IMG/VR virus record: IMGVR_UViG_3300046170_000446
Location: 1 to 64,000 of that record
Source: a virus
Length of the DNA stretch: 64,000 bases
Reading direction: 5' to 3' (one strand)
Shown one piece after another: positions 56,663-64,000 of the stretch. Positions within the stretch are counted from its first letter, which is position 1. Every line of letters begins with the position of its first letter. Both the position numbers and the translations under genes were made by a program. Below the pieces are notes generated by a model. The model ran no database searches, was not told the DNA's origin, and saw only the letters and a list, made by a program, of their open reading frames with translations.

Positions 56663-57315
56663 TACACATCGCCTTCATCATTAGACCAAAGGAAGAAACG
56701 ATCCTCTTCTCTGTGGATCAGACCGCTCTTGACTGTTTGACCTGCTCTCTTACCGCGAGAGAAGGTGTGTTCTCTACAGAACATTTTTTTCTCGACCTCA
56801 CTGAGATCGTCTGCTGTTAATACACTATCTAGATGTAAAAAGAACCGCCCCGCTGAACGAGCGACCAAGTAGGCATCTGCTTCATTGTGGTTCCAGCGAG
56901 CTTTTGTGTTGGTATCTTTCTTCGCTGTATCCACCATATCAGCCTTCAACATCTTCCATCCTTTCGGTCTACCCAAGGACTCTCTCGCTAGAGCTTTGAC
57001 TTGCGGGGGGGTGAAGAAAACAACATCGGCCTTAGACTCATACAGTGCCTCACACGAATAGAGAAAGAGCCCATACATACCCTCAGACCACAGGGCGTTA
57101 AAGATCGGGTACTCGATACCAACCCGATCAACATTGTGCTCTGTAATCAGCGAAATGAGGCGTTGTCGCATCTCCATATAACGCGTAACGAAGAGTTGCT
57201 TCTTCTTTGTTTGCCACCTCCCTCTAGCGACACACCTACCAGCTTCCTTAGCTTCCGTATCGTGTACCGCCCAACCGAAGTTGGTTAAGGAGGGGTCTAA
57301 TCCTAACACTCTCAT
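56662..57315 (-). CDS. ruvC: RuvC-like Holliday junction resolvase
   Basis: VLGLDPSLTNFGW, IEYP, PPQVK, K.DMV, NEADAY. Confidence 0.85.
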   Translation of the reverse strand: MRVLGLDPSLTNFGWAVHDTEAKEAGRCVARGRWQTKKKQLFVTRYMEMRQRLISLITEHNVDRVGIEYPIFNALWSEGMYGLFLYSCEALYESKADVVFFTPPQVKALARESLGRPKGWKMLKADMVDTAKKDTNTKARWNHNEADAYLVARSAGRFFLHLDSVLTADDLSEVEKKMFCREHTFSRGKRAGQTVKSGLIHREEDRFFLWSNDEGDV

Positions 57316-57337
57316 AAAAACCTTTCTTACATACGAA

Positions 57338-57374
57338 GAAGGGGGATGAGCCCATCGTGAGCCCACCCCCCTTT
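57338..57374 (-). terminator. Probable rho-independent terminator after SSB
   Basis: Minus strand GGGGGGTGGGCTCA-CGA-TGGGCTCATCCCCC-TTCTT (with G:U pairs). Confidence 0.65.
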
Positions 57375-57415
57375 TAATCTAAAACCTTAGTGCCTGCTCT
57401 TAATCTTAAAGACTA

Positions 57416-58135
57416 TCAGTCATCGTCTAAGATGTCTCCGAGCATATCATCAATCTCGCCTGAAGAAGCGCCGACGCTACCAGTAGGATTAGCGACCTCA
57501 AGACCGAGCTTCTCCTTGAACTGATCAAGCGTATAGTCATTAGCGAGAGTGTTGTTGATGTTCTCAACGACGTTCTGAGCCTTCGTGATCACGTCCTTAG
57601 CGATTGAGCTGTCCTTGCTCAAGAGCGTAGCGAAAAGATTATCGCGAGTGATCGAAAAGTCCATCTTCTGAAACTGCGTGTCGGTACAAGCGATGGTGAG
57701 ATCATGCTCAGAGAGAGGCCACTCTTGGTGCTTGCGAAGGATTGACTTTACCTTGTCCTCGGAGAAGACCCAAGGCATGACCTTGTACTCACCGTTAGCG
57801 AGCGCAGTCTTGTCAGGGCGACCGTCCTTGAGAGGCCAAGAGACGATCACAGTGCCGATTGCGAGACGAGCCTTCTTCACCTTAGGATCAACTTGCTGTG
57901 CAACACGGAGAAACTCAGGCCCCTTGTCGAGCACATAACCAGCGCCCTGCACATACATACGGTGGCAAGAAGCGAACTGAGGAGAATTCTCCATGAGAGG
58001 AGTACCGTCTTCGATGCCCTTCCACCAAAGGAAAGAAACGCGGTACTCCTTGCCCTCCTCGCCTTTAAAGCGATCTGACTTGTAAGAGCTAGGCACTGAG
58101 CCTGGGTTGTCGAGTGTGAATGTCGAGAATGACAT
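57416..58135 (-). CDS. Probable single-stranded DNA-binding protein (gp32-like)
   Basis: Acidic C-terminal IDDMLGDILDDD, HDLTIAC.D.QFQK, high-expression codons, recombination context. Confidence 0.65.
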   Translation of the reverse strand: MSFSTFTLDNPGSVPSSYKSDRFKGEEGKEYRVSFLWWKGIEDGTPLMENSPQFASCHRMYVQGAGYVLDKGPEFLRVAQQVDPKVKKARLAIGTVIVSWPLKDGRPDKTALANGEYKVMPWVFSEDKVKSILRKHQEWPLSEHDLTIACTDTQFQKMDFSITRDNLFATLLSKDSSIAKDVITKAQNVVENINNTLANDYTLDQFKEKLGLEVANPTGSVGASSGEIDDMLGDILDDD

Positions 58136-58232
58136 AATGTAAACCTCCGAAAGGGGGGTGTGTGGTTAATGAGTGGGTTTTTAGGCTTGGGTCGAAAGTG
58201 ACAAAAGAAAGAAACTAGCCTCCCACGTCTCA

Positions 58233-58242
58233 TATACACTTT
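58233..58242 (-). promoter_or_regulatory. AWAGKGTAWW motif (AAAGTGTATA)
   Basis: Upstream of SSB. Confidence 0.45.
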
Positions 58243-58261
58243 GACGTGAGAATGTTGACCA

Positions 58262-59020
58262 TTAAAAATCAAAATCTTCTAAAATGTCGTCCAAGTCGAA
58301 GTTTGAGAAGTTGTTAGAGTTAGGGAGCACCTCAGCCTTTTGAGGCTCGCTACCACAAAAGGCTTCTGCGCTATCGTCTTTGTTTGGAGCCTCTTCTATC
58401 ATGTCAGAGGTCATCAAATGAGGCTCAGTAAAGATAGGGAGAGGGATCTCTGCCCTCCCCTCCTGCGACGGGCTTTTCTTCACAAAGCCACTAACGATAG
58501 CTTGGTTCTTGCCTGGGATCAGCTCTACAGCTTGAGCTTCAAGATTACCCCACTTAGTGCCGAGGTTAATCTCTTCCTGTATGAGCTTAATCTGATCTCT
58601 CAAGCGCCCTTGTATGTCCTTAAGGTCAGAACGCTTAGCTTTGATGACCGTCAAACAAGCCTCCACCTCTTCGATAAAGAGGGTAAGATCATTAATCTTA
58701 CGGTGCTCTACCTCTAGCTTCATCGTAGCGATAGCTTCACGGTCTTTAAGGTTACGACCAGCTCTGACCTCAGGGTCATTGGCGAGTAAGTGCTTCATCT
58801 GAAGGCTAAAGTCAGCCTCAGCTAGTCTGCTCTCTCGCTTCACTCTTGAGAGCTCTTGAGACAAGTCTAAGAAAATAGACTCGCATTTTGAAAGCTGAGC
58901 CCTACTCTCAGCAACCTTACCGTTAAGGCGCTTCGGGCCGTATTGAATAGGGTCAGGGTCTAACGGCACGTCCATGACGCGGAGCGCGTCGTAGATGCCG
59001 TCAAAGTCAATCGTTGTCAT
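58262..59020 (-). CDS. Coiled-coil protein, possibly a UvsY-like recombination mediator
   Basis: Long helices, RNLKDREA, acidic tail FDLDDILEDFDF. Confidence 0.55.
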   Translation of the reverse strand: MTTIDFDGIYDALRVMDVPLDPDPIQYGPKRLNGKVAESRAQLSKCESIFLDLSQELSRVKRESRLAEADFSLQMKHLLANDPEVRAGRNLKDREAIATMKLEVEHRKINDLTLFIEEVEACLTVIKAKRSDLKDIQGRLRDQIKLIQEEINLGTKWGNLEAQAVELIPGKNQAIVSGFVKKSPSQEGRAEIPLPIFTEPHLMTSDMIEEAPNKDDSAEAFCGSEPQKAEVLPNSNNFSNFDLDDILEDFDF

Positions 59021-59403
59021 TTTTTCAATGCCTCCAAAATAAGTTGGTCGTAGTTAGCTTTAATCTGTCGGACTGCTTGCTGGTAGTGCTCAGAAGAAAT
59101 CGAACCACCCGATACCGCGTGCTCATAAGCGGCGAGGTCTGCCTCCCTAGCGACAATCTTAGAAGCGATAACAGCCTCTTTCATGGTCATCGCGTTTAAG
59201 GACTGTGCCTCATCTATGTCACCGACATTCTCAAGATCATGCGTACCGTCATCTTGAATGGTGTCCCAAGACGCAGAAAAGCCAACGTAGCTGTCGCCCC
59301 CTCGACCTTTGACGGATCGGGTGCAGACCACCTTGGTAATACGGATCTTCTTTTTAATATCACGCAGTCTTGCGCGGATCGCTTGAAGCTCTTTGTCTTC
59401 CAT
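59017..59403 (-). CDS. Hypothetical protein
   Basis: ATG 59403 with AGGAGG RBS. Confidence 0.75.
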   Translation of the reverse strand: MEDKELQAIRARLRDIKKKIRITKVVCTRSVKGRGGDSYVGFSASWDTIQDDGTHDLENVGDIDEAQSLNAMTMKEAVIASKIVAREADLAAYEHAVSGGSISSEHYQQAVRQIKANYDQLILEALKK

Positions 59404-59440
59404 CTTGCCCTCCTTTGTGGCGGTTGAAAGGTTCAAGAGC

Positions 59441-59450
59441 TATACACTTT
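59441..59450 (-). promoter_or_regulatory. AWAGKGTAWW motif (AAAGTGTATA)
   Basis: Upstream of 59403. Confidence 0.45.
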
Positions 59451-59467
59451 TAAGTCTCCTCAGAGTC

Positions 59468-62092
59468 CTATTTTTTCCACCAAGCCTTCTCTCCCTCTAT
59501 CTCTTCCAAGGGCAGAGCCTCGTAAACATCATCAGGTAAGCTGTCGATACCTTGTAAAGAAAACCACTCACCCTTAAGGCGATGAGAGCCTAGTTTAATG
59601 TGCAAATCAGACTCCCTCCAACCCCAACCCTCGTAAGAAGCGATCAGCTTAATCTCTTCACTGTTACCTGTTTGAAGCTGGGCTACCCTCGCTTTAGGGT
59701 CTTTAGCTCTACCTATCTTCAAGTGTCCGTTACCTGATGATTGCATAATGTAAAGGTAATCCCCATTACGCTCTTTCTGAGAGCTCTGAGCCTCAGCCCA
59801 TAAGAGGCGAGATTTAATGCGAGCACTTAAGTGTGTATTCCTGTGTTCATCTTGAGAGTTAAGCACAGCCTTTTGGATCGCCCCCTCATTAGAGAGTAAG
59901 ATTACTTTCTTCTTAGCTCTCGTCACCGCTGTATACAGAAGATTTCTCTGTAACTGGTTATGGAAAGCACTAATCATAGGGATTACAACAACATCGTATT
60001 CCTGACCTTGGCTCTTATGGATTGTCATCGCATACGCAAGGCGCAAGAGGCTCGACGCTTCTGAAAACTTAATCCGCACATACCGAGCAGGGGTATCGTG
60101 GAGCTTAATCTCTATCTCAGAGCTTTTCGTGTCGATCTGATTAACCTTACCCACATCGCCATTGTAAACACCGAGCTTGTAGTTATTCTTGACCACCATC
60201 ACACGGTCTTGCTCTCGGAGCGTATCGTTACCAATGCGCCACTCTCTGAGCCCTGCATTTGCAGGATTAATGCGCTCTCTAATCGAGCTATTCAAACTCG
60301 TCACTCCTGCGTCTCCTTTATGTCTAGGAGAGAGCACTTGGAAGTTGACGCGATCTCGGTAGAGCTTCGTAGCAATCTCGACAATCTTCCCTTGAGCATC
60401 CTTACCTGTATGGCACTCGTCTAATATGAAGTCAGAGTAGTTTGAGTAGTCAGGCATCAATCCTTTATGGATAGCGTGAGACGCATACACAATATCTGAG
60501 GTGTTCTCTTGCCTGAAAATCTCCTCTAAAGACACAACAGGGAACACTCCACAAGAAATAACCTCCTTGAGCACATTACCCGCCCCTACTGAAGGAAGCT
60601 GATTAACGTCGCCCACGAATACGAGCCTACACCCAGGCTTGGTGCTGTGTGTGATCCGATACAGCAAGTGTTGATCAAGCATCGAAGACTCATCAATCAC
60701 TACCACATCAGCAGGATGAGGATCTGTAGGCGTATAGCCCCACTCCTCTTTAGACCCGTCTGTGTTTAAGCCTCCATCGGTATCGCCTGTAATCCCTGCG
60801 TAAGAGCTTTCGCGCTCTCCCCCTGTATTAAGATTTTTGGCGCTAAAAGCTCTGTGTACTGTAGAGGCTGAGCAACCGCACACACTCGCGACCCTCTTAG
60901 CCGCAATCCCTGTAGGCGCTATGAGGAGCACTTGCTGACCCGCATCTCTCAATAAGCTCACAAGCATCTTTAAGGATGTAGTCTTACCTGTGCCAGGTAA
61001 CCCTGTGATTACGGACACTGGAGCTAACACAGCGTTTCTTACGCCTTCGAGTTGCTTATCTGTTAATGTTAAGGAAGCCTTGTAGCGGTCTAAATACATA
61101 TCAAGAGCTAACTCAAGGTCGCCCCAAACCTCTTGGTTTTGGGGGTTGAGGCTTCTCGCAATCTCTAATCTTGACGTGTCGCTGAGCTTTGCGTCTGTTA
61201 ATCTCCTCACCAGCGTCTGAGAGGCAGAGTTTTCGATCTTGTAGTTCCACAGATCGTAAATACTCACTTGACTGCCGATACGGTCTATGACGAGGCGCTT
61301 TTCTTTATGAAGCTCTTTAAGCAAAGCACCAATCTCTCCATCTGTGACGCTCGACCCGCAGAAACTACGTACTTGTTGAGCGAGGTACGCGCTACCAATG
61401 TAAAGATGTCCGAAGCCTCCCCCCTCACGCACAACATAATGGATTGAACCTCTTATCCTGTTAGGATTGCCGTTTAGTTTGACACCGTATTTCTGAGCTA
61501 TGGTGTCACACTGTTCAAACTTGACCCCGCGCACCTTAAGCAAAGACCAAGGGTTAGCTTTAATCTTACTAGCGCAATCATCTCCAAAAGTGCGCCAAAT
61601 AGTCCTAATCTTTTCAGAAGAGAGCCCTAAGCCGTTGAGGAAGTCGAGCGTTTGAAAGAAGTTTTTAACAAACAGCCACTTTACATTAACGTGTTGCGCT
61701 GACACCTCAGTGAGCCCACACTGAGTCTGCAAGAAATCAACATCGCCTAACGACTTTAGGAAGTCTTCATCAGAGAGTGTCTTACGTAACTGTGCGAGAG
61801 TCCAAGCACCTACGCCATACGAGACGAGCGCCTTTTCAGCGGTGTCTGCTGTCCACTCGCCCTTTACGCAAGGCGCGTTTTTGATGGTAAACTGCCGACC
61901 CCACTTAGGGTCTGTTTTCCAAAAGCCCTCAAAGCCAAACCATGTGCCGACTTGAACGTCAATACCTGGAACATTCCCTTTAACATCGACAAGTTGCCCT
62001 GTGTTGTCGAGCTTCATTTTTAGGATATAAAAGTTTTGAGCGGGATTTTTAAACTTTACCGAGTGGACAGTACCACTTTCATATGCCTTCAT
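59468..62092 (-). CDS. recD2: RecD2-like SF1B helicase fused to a C-terminal GIY-YIG (T5orf172-like) domain
   Basis: GLPGTGKTT, APTGIAAKR, IDESSM, VGDVNQLPSVGAG, FRQ, YAMTIHKSQGQEY, LYTAVTRAK; tail YLYIM...KIGRAKDPKARVAQLQTGN...E..LH......GEWF. Confidence 0.93.
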   Translation of the reverse strand: MKAYESGTVHSVKFKNPAQNFYILKMKLDNTGQLVDVKGNVPGIDVQVGTWFGFEGFWKTDPKWGRQFTIKNAPCVKGEWTADTAEKALVSYGVGAWTLAQLRKTLSDEDFLKSLGDVDFLQTQCGLTEVSAQHVNVKWLFVKNFFQTLDFLNGLGLSSEKIRTIWRTFGDDCASKIKANPWSLLKVRGVKFEQCDTIAQKYGVKLNGNPNRIRGSIHYVVREGGGFGHLYIGSAYLAQQVRSFCGSSVTDGEIGALLKELHKEKRLVIDRIGSQVSIYDLWNYKIENSASQTLVRRLTDAKLSDTSRLEIARSLNPQNQEVWGDLELALDMYLDRYKASLTLTDKQLEGVRNAVLAPVSVITGLPGTGKTTSLKMLVSLLRDAGQQVLLIAPTGIAAKRVASVCGCSASTVHRAFSAKNLNTGGERESSYAGITGDTDGGLNTDGSKEEWGYTPTDPHPADVVVIDESSMLDQHLLYRITHSTKPGCRLVFVGDVNQLPSVGAGNVLKEVISCGVFPVVSLEEIFRQENTSDIVYASHAIHKGLMPDYSNYSDFILDECHTGKDAQGKIVEIATKLYRDRVNFQVLSPRHKGDAGVTSLNSSIRERINPANAGLREWRIGNDTLREQDRVMVVKNNYKLGVYNGDVGKVNQIDTKSSEIEIKLHDTPARYVRIKFSEASSLLRLAYAMTIHKSQGQEYDVVVIPMISAFHNQLQRNLLYTAVTRAKKKVILLSNEGAIQKAVLNSQDEHRNTHLSARIKSRLLWAEAQSSQKERNGDYLYIMQSSGNGHLKIGRAKDPKARVAQLQTGNSEEIKLIASYEGWGWRESDLHIKLGSHRLKGEWFSLQGIDSLPDDVYEALPLEEIEGEKAWWKK

Positions 62093-62126
62093 TGTCTGTA
62101 CTCCTGATTGAGTTATGAGTACAGAC

Positions 62127-62136
62127 AATACCCTAT
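62127..62136 (-). promoter_or_regulatory. AWAGKGTAWW motif (ATAGGGTATT)
   Basis: Upstream of recD2. Confidence 0.4.
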
Positions 62137-62157
62137 TTATGGCTGAAAGTAGCCTCC

Positions 62158-63135
62158 TTATTTAGCCATACTCCAGTCAAACTCGCCCGTCATACCGCTT
62201 GCATTGTAATCAGTTACCGTACCCTCAAAGAAATTCTTGAAGCTGTCCCCTGCGATTACCCAATCGAGCCAAGGAAGAGGGTTAGTCTTTTGTTTAAAGA
62301 TAGGCTTAAGTCCTAGCTGTAATAATCTGCGGTCTGCCAAATATCGAACATACGTCTTAACATCAGAAATCGAAAGCTCGTTTACGGTTTCTTCTTCTCC
62401 GTAAATCAGCTCAACCAGCGCGTCCTCAAGCTCTACCGCCTTCTCAAAGTTACGGTAAACGTAAGCCTTAAGATTATCGTTAACCACATGAGGGTTCTCA
62501 AGGCAGTATTCGTGGAAGAGCTTAGTCATCCCCTCAACGTGCATCGACTCGTCGCGGATCGACCACTCCACTACCTCGCACATTCCCCTCATCTTACCAA
62601 ATCTTTGGTAGTTAAGTAACATTACAAAAGCACTAAACAGGCTCATGCCTTCATTACAGACGGTGCGGGCAAGATGATAAGCAAGCTCTTCATCCCTGTT
62701 CTCAACCTGATCAGGCGGATTAAGCATAAAATCAATCTTATCCCTCATCTCATCAAAAGAAAGAAATTTAGTATACTCGCTCTCATGTAAGCCAAGCGTA
62801 TCATTGAGGAGCGCATAAGCGCGTTGGTGCGTGCCTTCGCGATTAGCGAAGCTCAAGAGCATATTCCTGATCTCGTTGTTTTTGAACGCAGGGATAAACA
62901 GAGAGCAGTAGTTGCCCCCCACCGCTACGTCAGATTGAGTGAACACCCTTAAGATTTGAGTAATATAACTCTTCTCAGAGTCGCTAATCCTACCGCCTTT
63001 CCATTGAGACAAGTCTTCTTGTAATCGGACTTCCCATGTCCCCCAATGGATTTTCTCATGTTCCTCAGCGATCTGCATCGCCCACGGAGCAGAGAAAGGT
63101 TTATAGGTGGTACTGTATTCGGTCAACCTTGGCAT
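62158..63135 (-). CDS. nrdB: Class Ia ribonucleotide reductase beta subunit
   Basis: FTQSDV, REGTHQRAY, EGMSLFSAF, SIRDESMH, NFFE..VTDY. Confidence 0.95.
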   Translation of the reverse strand: MPRLTEYSTTYKPFSAPWAMQIAEEHEKIHWGTWEVRLQEDLSQWKGGRISDSEKSYITQILRVFTQSDVAVGGNYCSLFIPAFKNNEIRNMLLSFANREGTHQRAYALLNDTLGLHESEYTKFLSFDEMRDKIDFMLNPPDQVENRDEELAYHLARTVCNEGMSLFSAFVMLLNYQRFGKMRGMCEVVEWSIRDESMHVEGMTKLFHEYCLENPHVVNDNLKAYVYRNFEKAVELEDALVELIYGEEETVNELSISDVKTYVRYLADRRLLQLGLKPIFKQKTNPLPWLDWVIAGDSFKNFFEGTVTDYNASGMTGEFDWSMAK

Positions 63136-64000
63136 GAGAGGCACTCCTCAATCTTATAATCACTCAATTTCTTACGCTCAACCCTTTGGCTGACTTTATC
63201 CGCTGTCACTCCTGCGTCGGTGCGCAAATAGTAAAGAGCCTTAAGCCCTTTCTTATATGCGCTGAGGTGAACAGCGTTAACATAGTTTACGTCTACCCCC
63301 GCAGGGAAGAATAGGTTCACACTCTGACCTTGACAGATATACTCTTGTCTCGCAGAAGCGTGCTCAATGACCCACATTTGATCCAGCTCTGAAGCGGTCT
63401 TAAAGACCTCCTTCTCTTGATCAGTCAGACAATCGAGGTGTTGCACAGAGCCCTTATGGGCAATCACGCTCTTGATGATCCCATCCACATCTACGTCGCG
63501 AGCTTCCAAGAGTTTAACGAGATATTTATTCGTATGAAGGAACGTCCCTGCCCTCGAACGATAAGTAAACGCATTAGAGCTGACGGGCTCAATGCTCGGT
63601 GAGGTGTCCAAGATGATCGCTGAGTTTGCATTAGGGGCAACAGCTAACAAGTGGCTGTTCCTCATTCCTGTGCCGACACCATCCCGATACTCACCGCGCT
63701 CCTCAGCCAATCTACGAGAAGCCTTAACCGCTCTCTCCTTAATCAAAGAAAATACTTGATGATTAAGGCTCTGAGCAAACATACTCTCAAAAGCAATGCC
63801 TCTACGCTGTAAAAGAGCGTGGAAGCCCATAGCGCCTAACCCAAGACTGCGCTCGCGCTCGGCACTCTTAATAGCAAGCTCTAACGAAGCAGGAGCGTTC
63901 TCAATGAAATACTGAAGCACGTCGTCAAGAAACTCGATTAAGTCTTCCACGATGGTGGTGTTTTTCCACTCGTCATAATATTCGAGGTTCAGCGAGCTCA
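63123..64000 (-). CDS. nrdA: Class I ribonucleotide reductase alpha subunit, partial (5' end outside window)
   Basis: SSLNL, ERSLGLGAMG, AVAPNANS, SPSIEP, CQGQSVN, KALYYLR, terminal CLSCQG. Confidence 0.95.
   Translation of the reverse strand, partial: SSLNLEYYDEWKNTTIVEDLIEFLDDVLQYFIENAPASLELAIKSAERERSLGLGAMGFHALLQRRGIAFESMFAQSLNHQVFSLIKERAVKASRRLAEERGEYRDGVGTGMRNSHLLAVAPNANSAIILDTSPSIEPVSSNAFTYRSRAGTFLHTNKYLVKLLEARDVDVDGIIKSVIAHKGSVQHLDCLTDQEKEVFKTASELDQMWVIEHASARQEYICQGQSVNLFFPAGVDVNYVNAVHLSAYKKGLKALYYLRTDAGVTADKVSQRVERKKLSDYKIEECLSCQG

Noticed and set aside
1656-63602. Numerous Ser/Leu-rich antisense ORFs in the track
   Set aside because: Opposite-strand shadows of E/K/D-rich genes, lacking RBS or motifs.
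1-64000. Stop-codon reassignment
   Set aside because: Long conserved genes are intact in code 11 and terminate at TAA, TGA and TAG. The breaks are frameshifts, not in-frame stops.

Overview
This window is a 64-kb segment of a large tailed dsDNA phage genome (likely a jumbo myovirus) in the standard genetic code, not host chromosome. It contains three main blocks. (i) A bacterial-style replication, recombination and transcription block: split SbcC, SbcD, PD-(D/E)XK nuclease, DnaN, TOPRIM primase, MazG, DnaX, NusG and a sigma-like protein; on the other arm RecA, RuvC-like, SSB, RecD2 fused to GIY-YIG, and NrdAB. (ii) A head morphogenesis module: TerS, TerL, portal, prohead protease, EF-hand scaffold, decoration protein and major capsid protein. 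(iii) Accessory genes: HU, UDP-sugar dehydrogenase, a two-domain glycosyltransferase, type II glutamine synthetase, a deaminase-like amidohydrolase, an Ntn hydrolase, an outer-membrane beta-barrel, and three tRNAs (CAT, Lys-UUU, Arg-UCU). The strongest unexplained signal is a shared peptide grammar in about 20 otherwise unrelated proteins: [KR]-x-A-[S/G] motifs flanking three kinds of short amphipathic helix (VxRWL/YL, VRLAxL, LRxxxIRLAxxxPELRxxLxPL). I interpret this as a capsid-addressing and prohead-protease-processing system that loads protamine-like basic peptides and other cargo into the head. Other observations are 11-bp RBS-sequestering hairpins at apparent early-to-late boundaries, a recurrent AWAGKGTAWW upstream motif, a possible truncated capsid-protein paralog in the replication block, six genes broken by one surplus base (probably homopolymer errors), and strong CCGG/GCWGC depletion. 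All calls come from motif recognition by eye; no searches were run.
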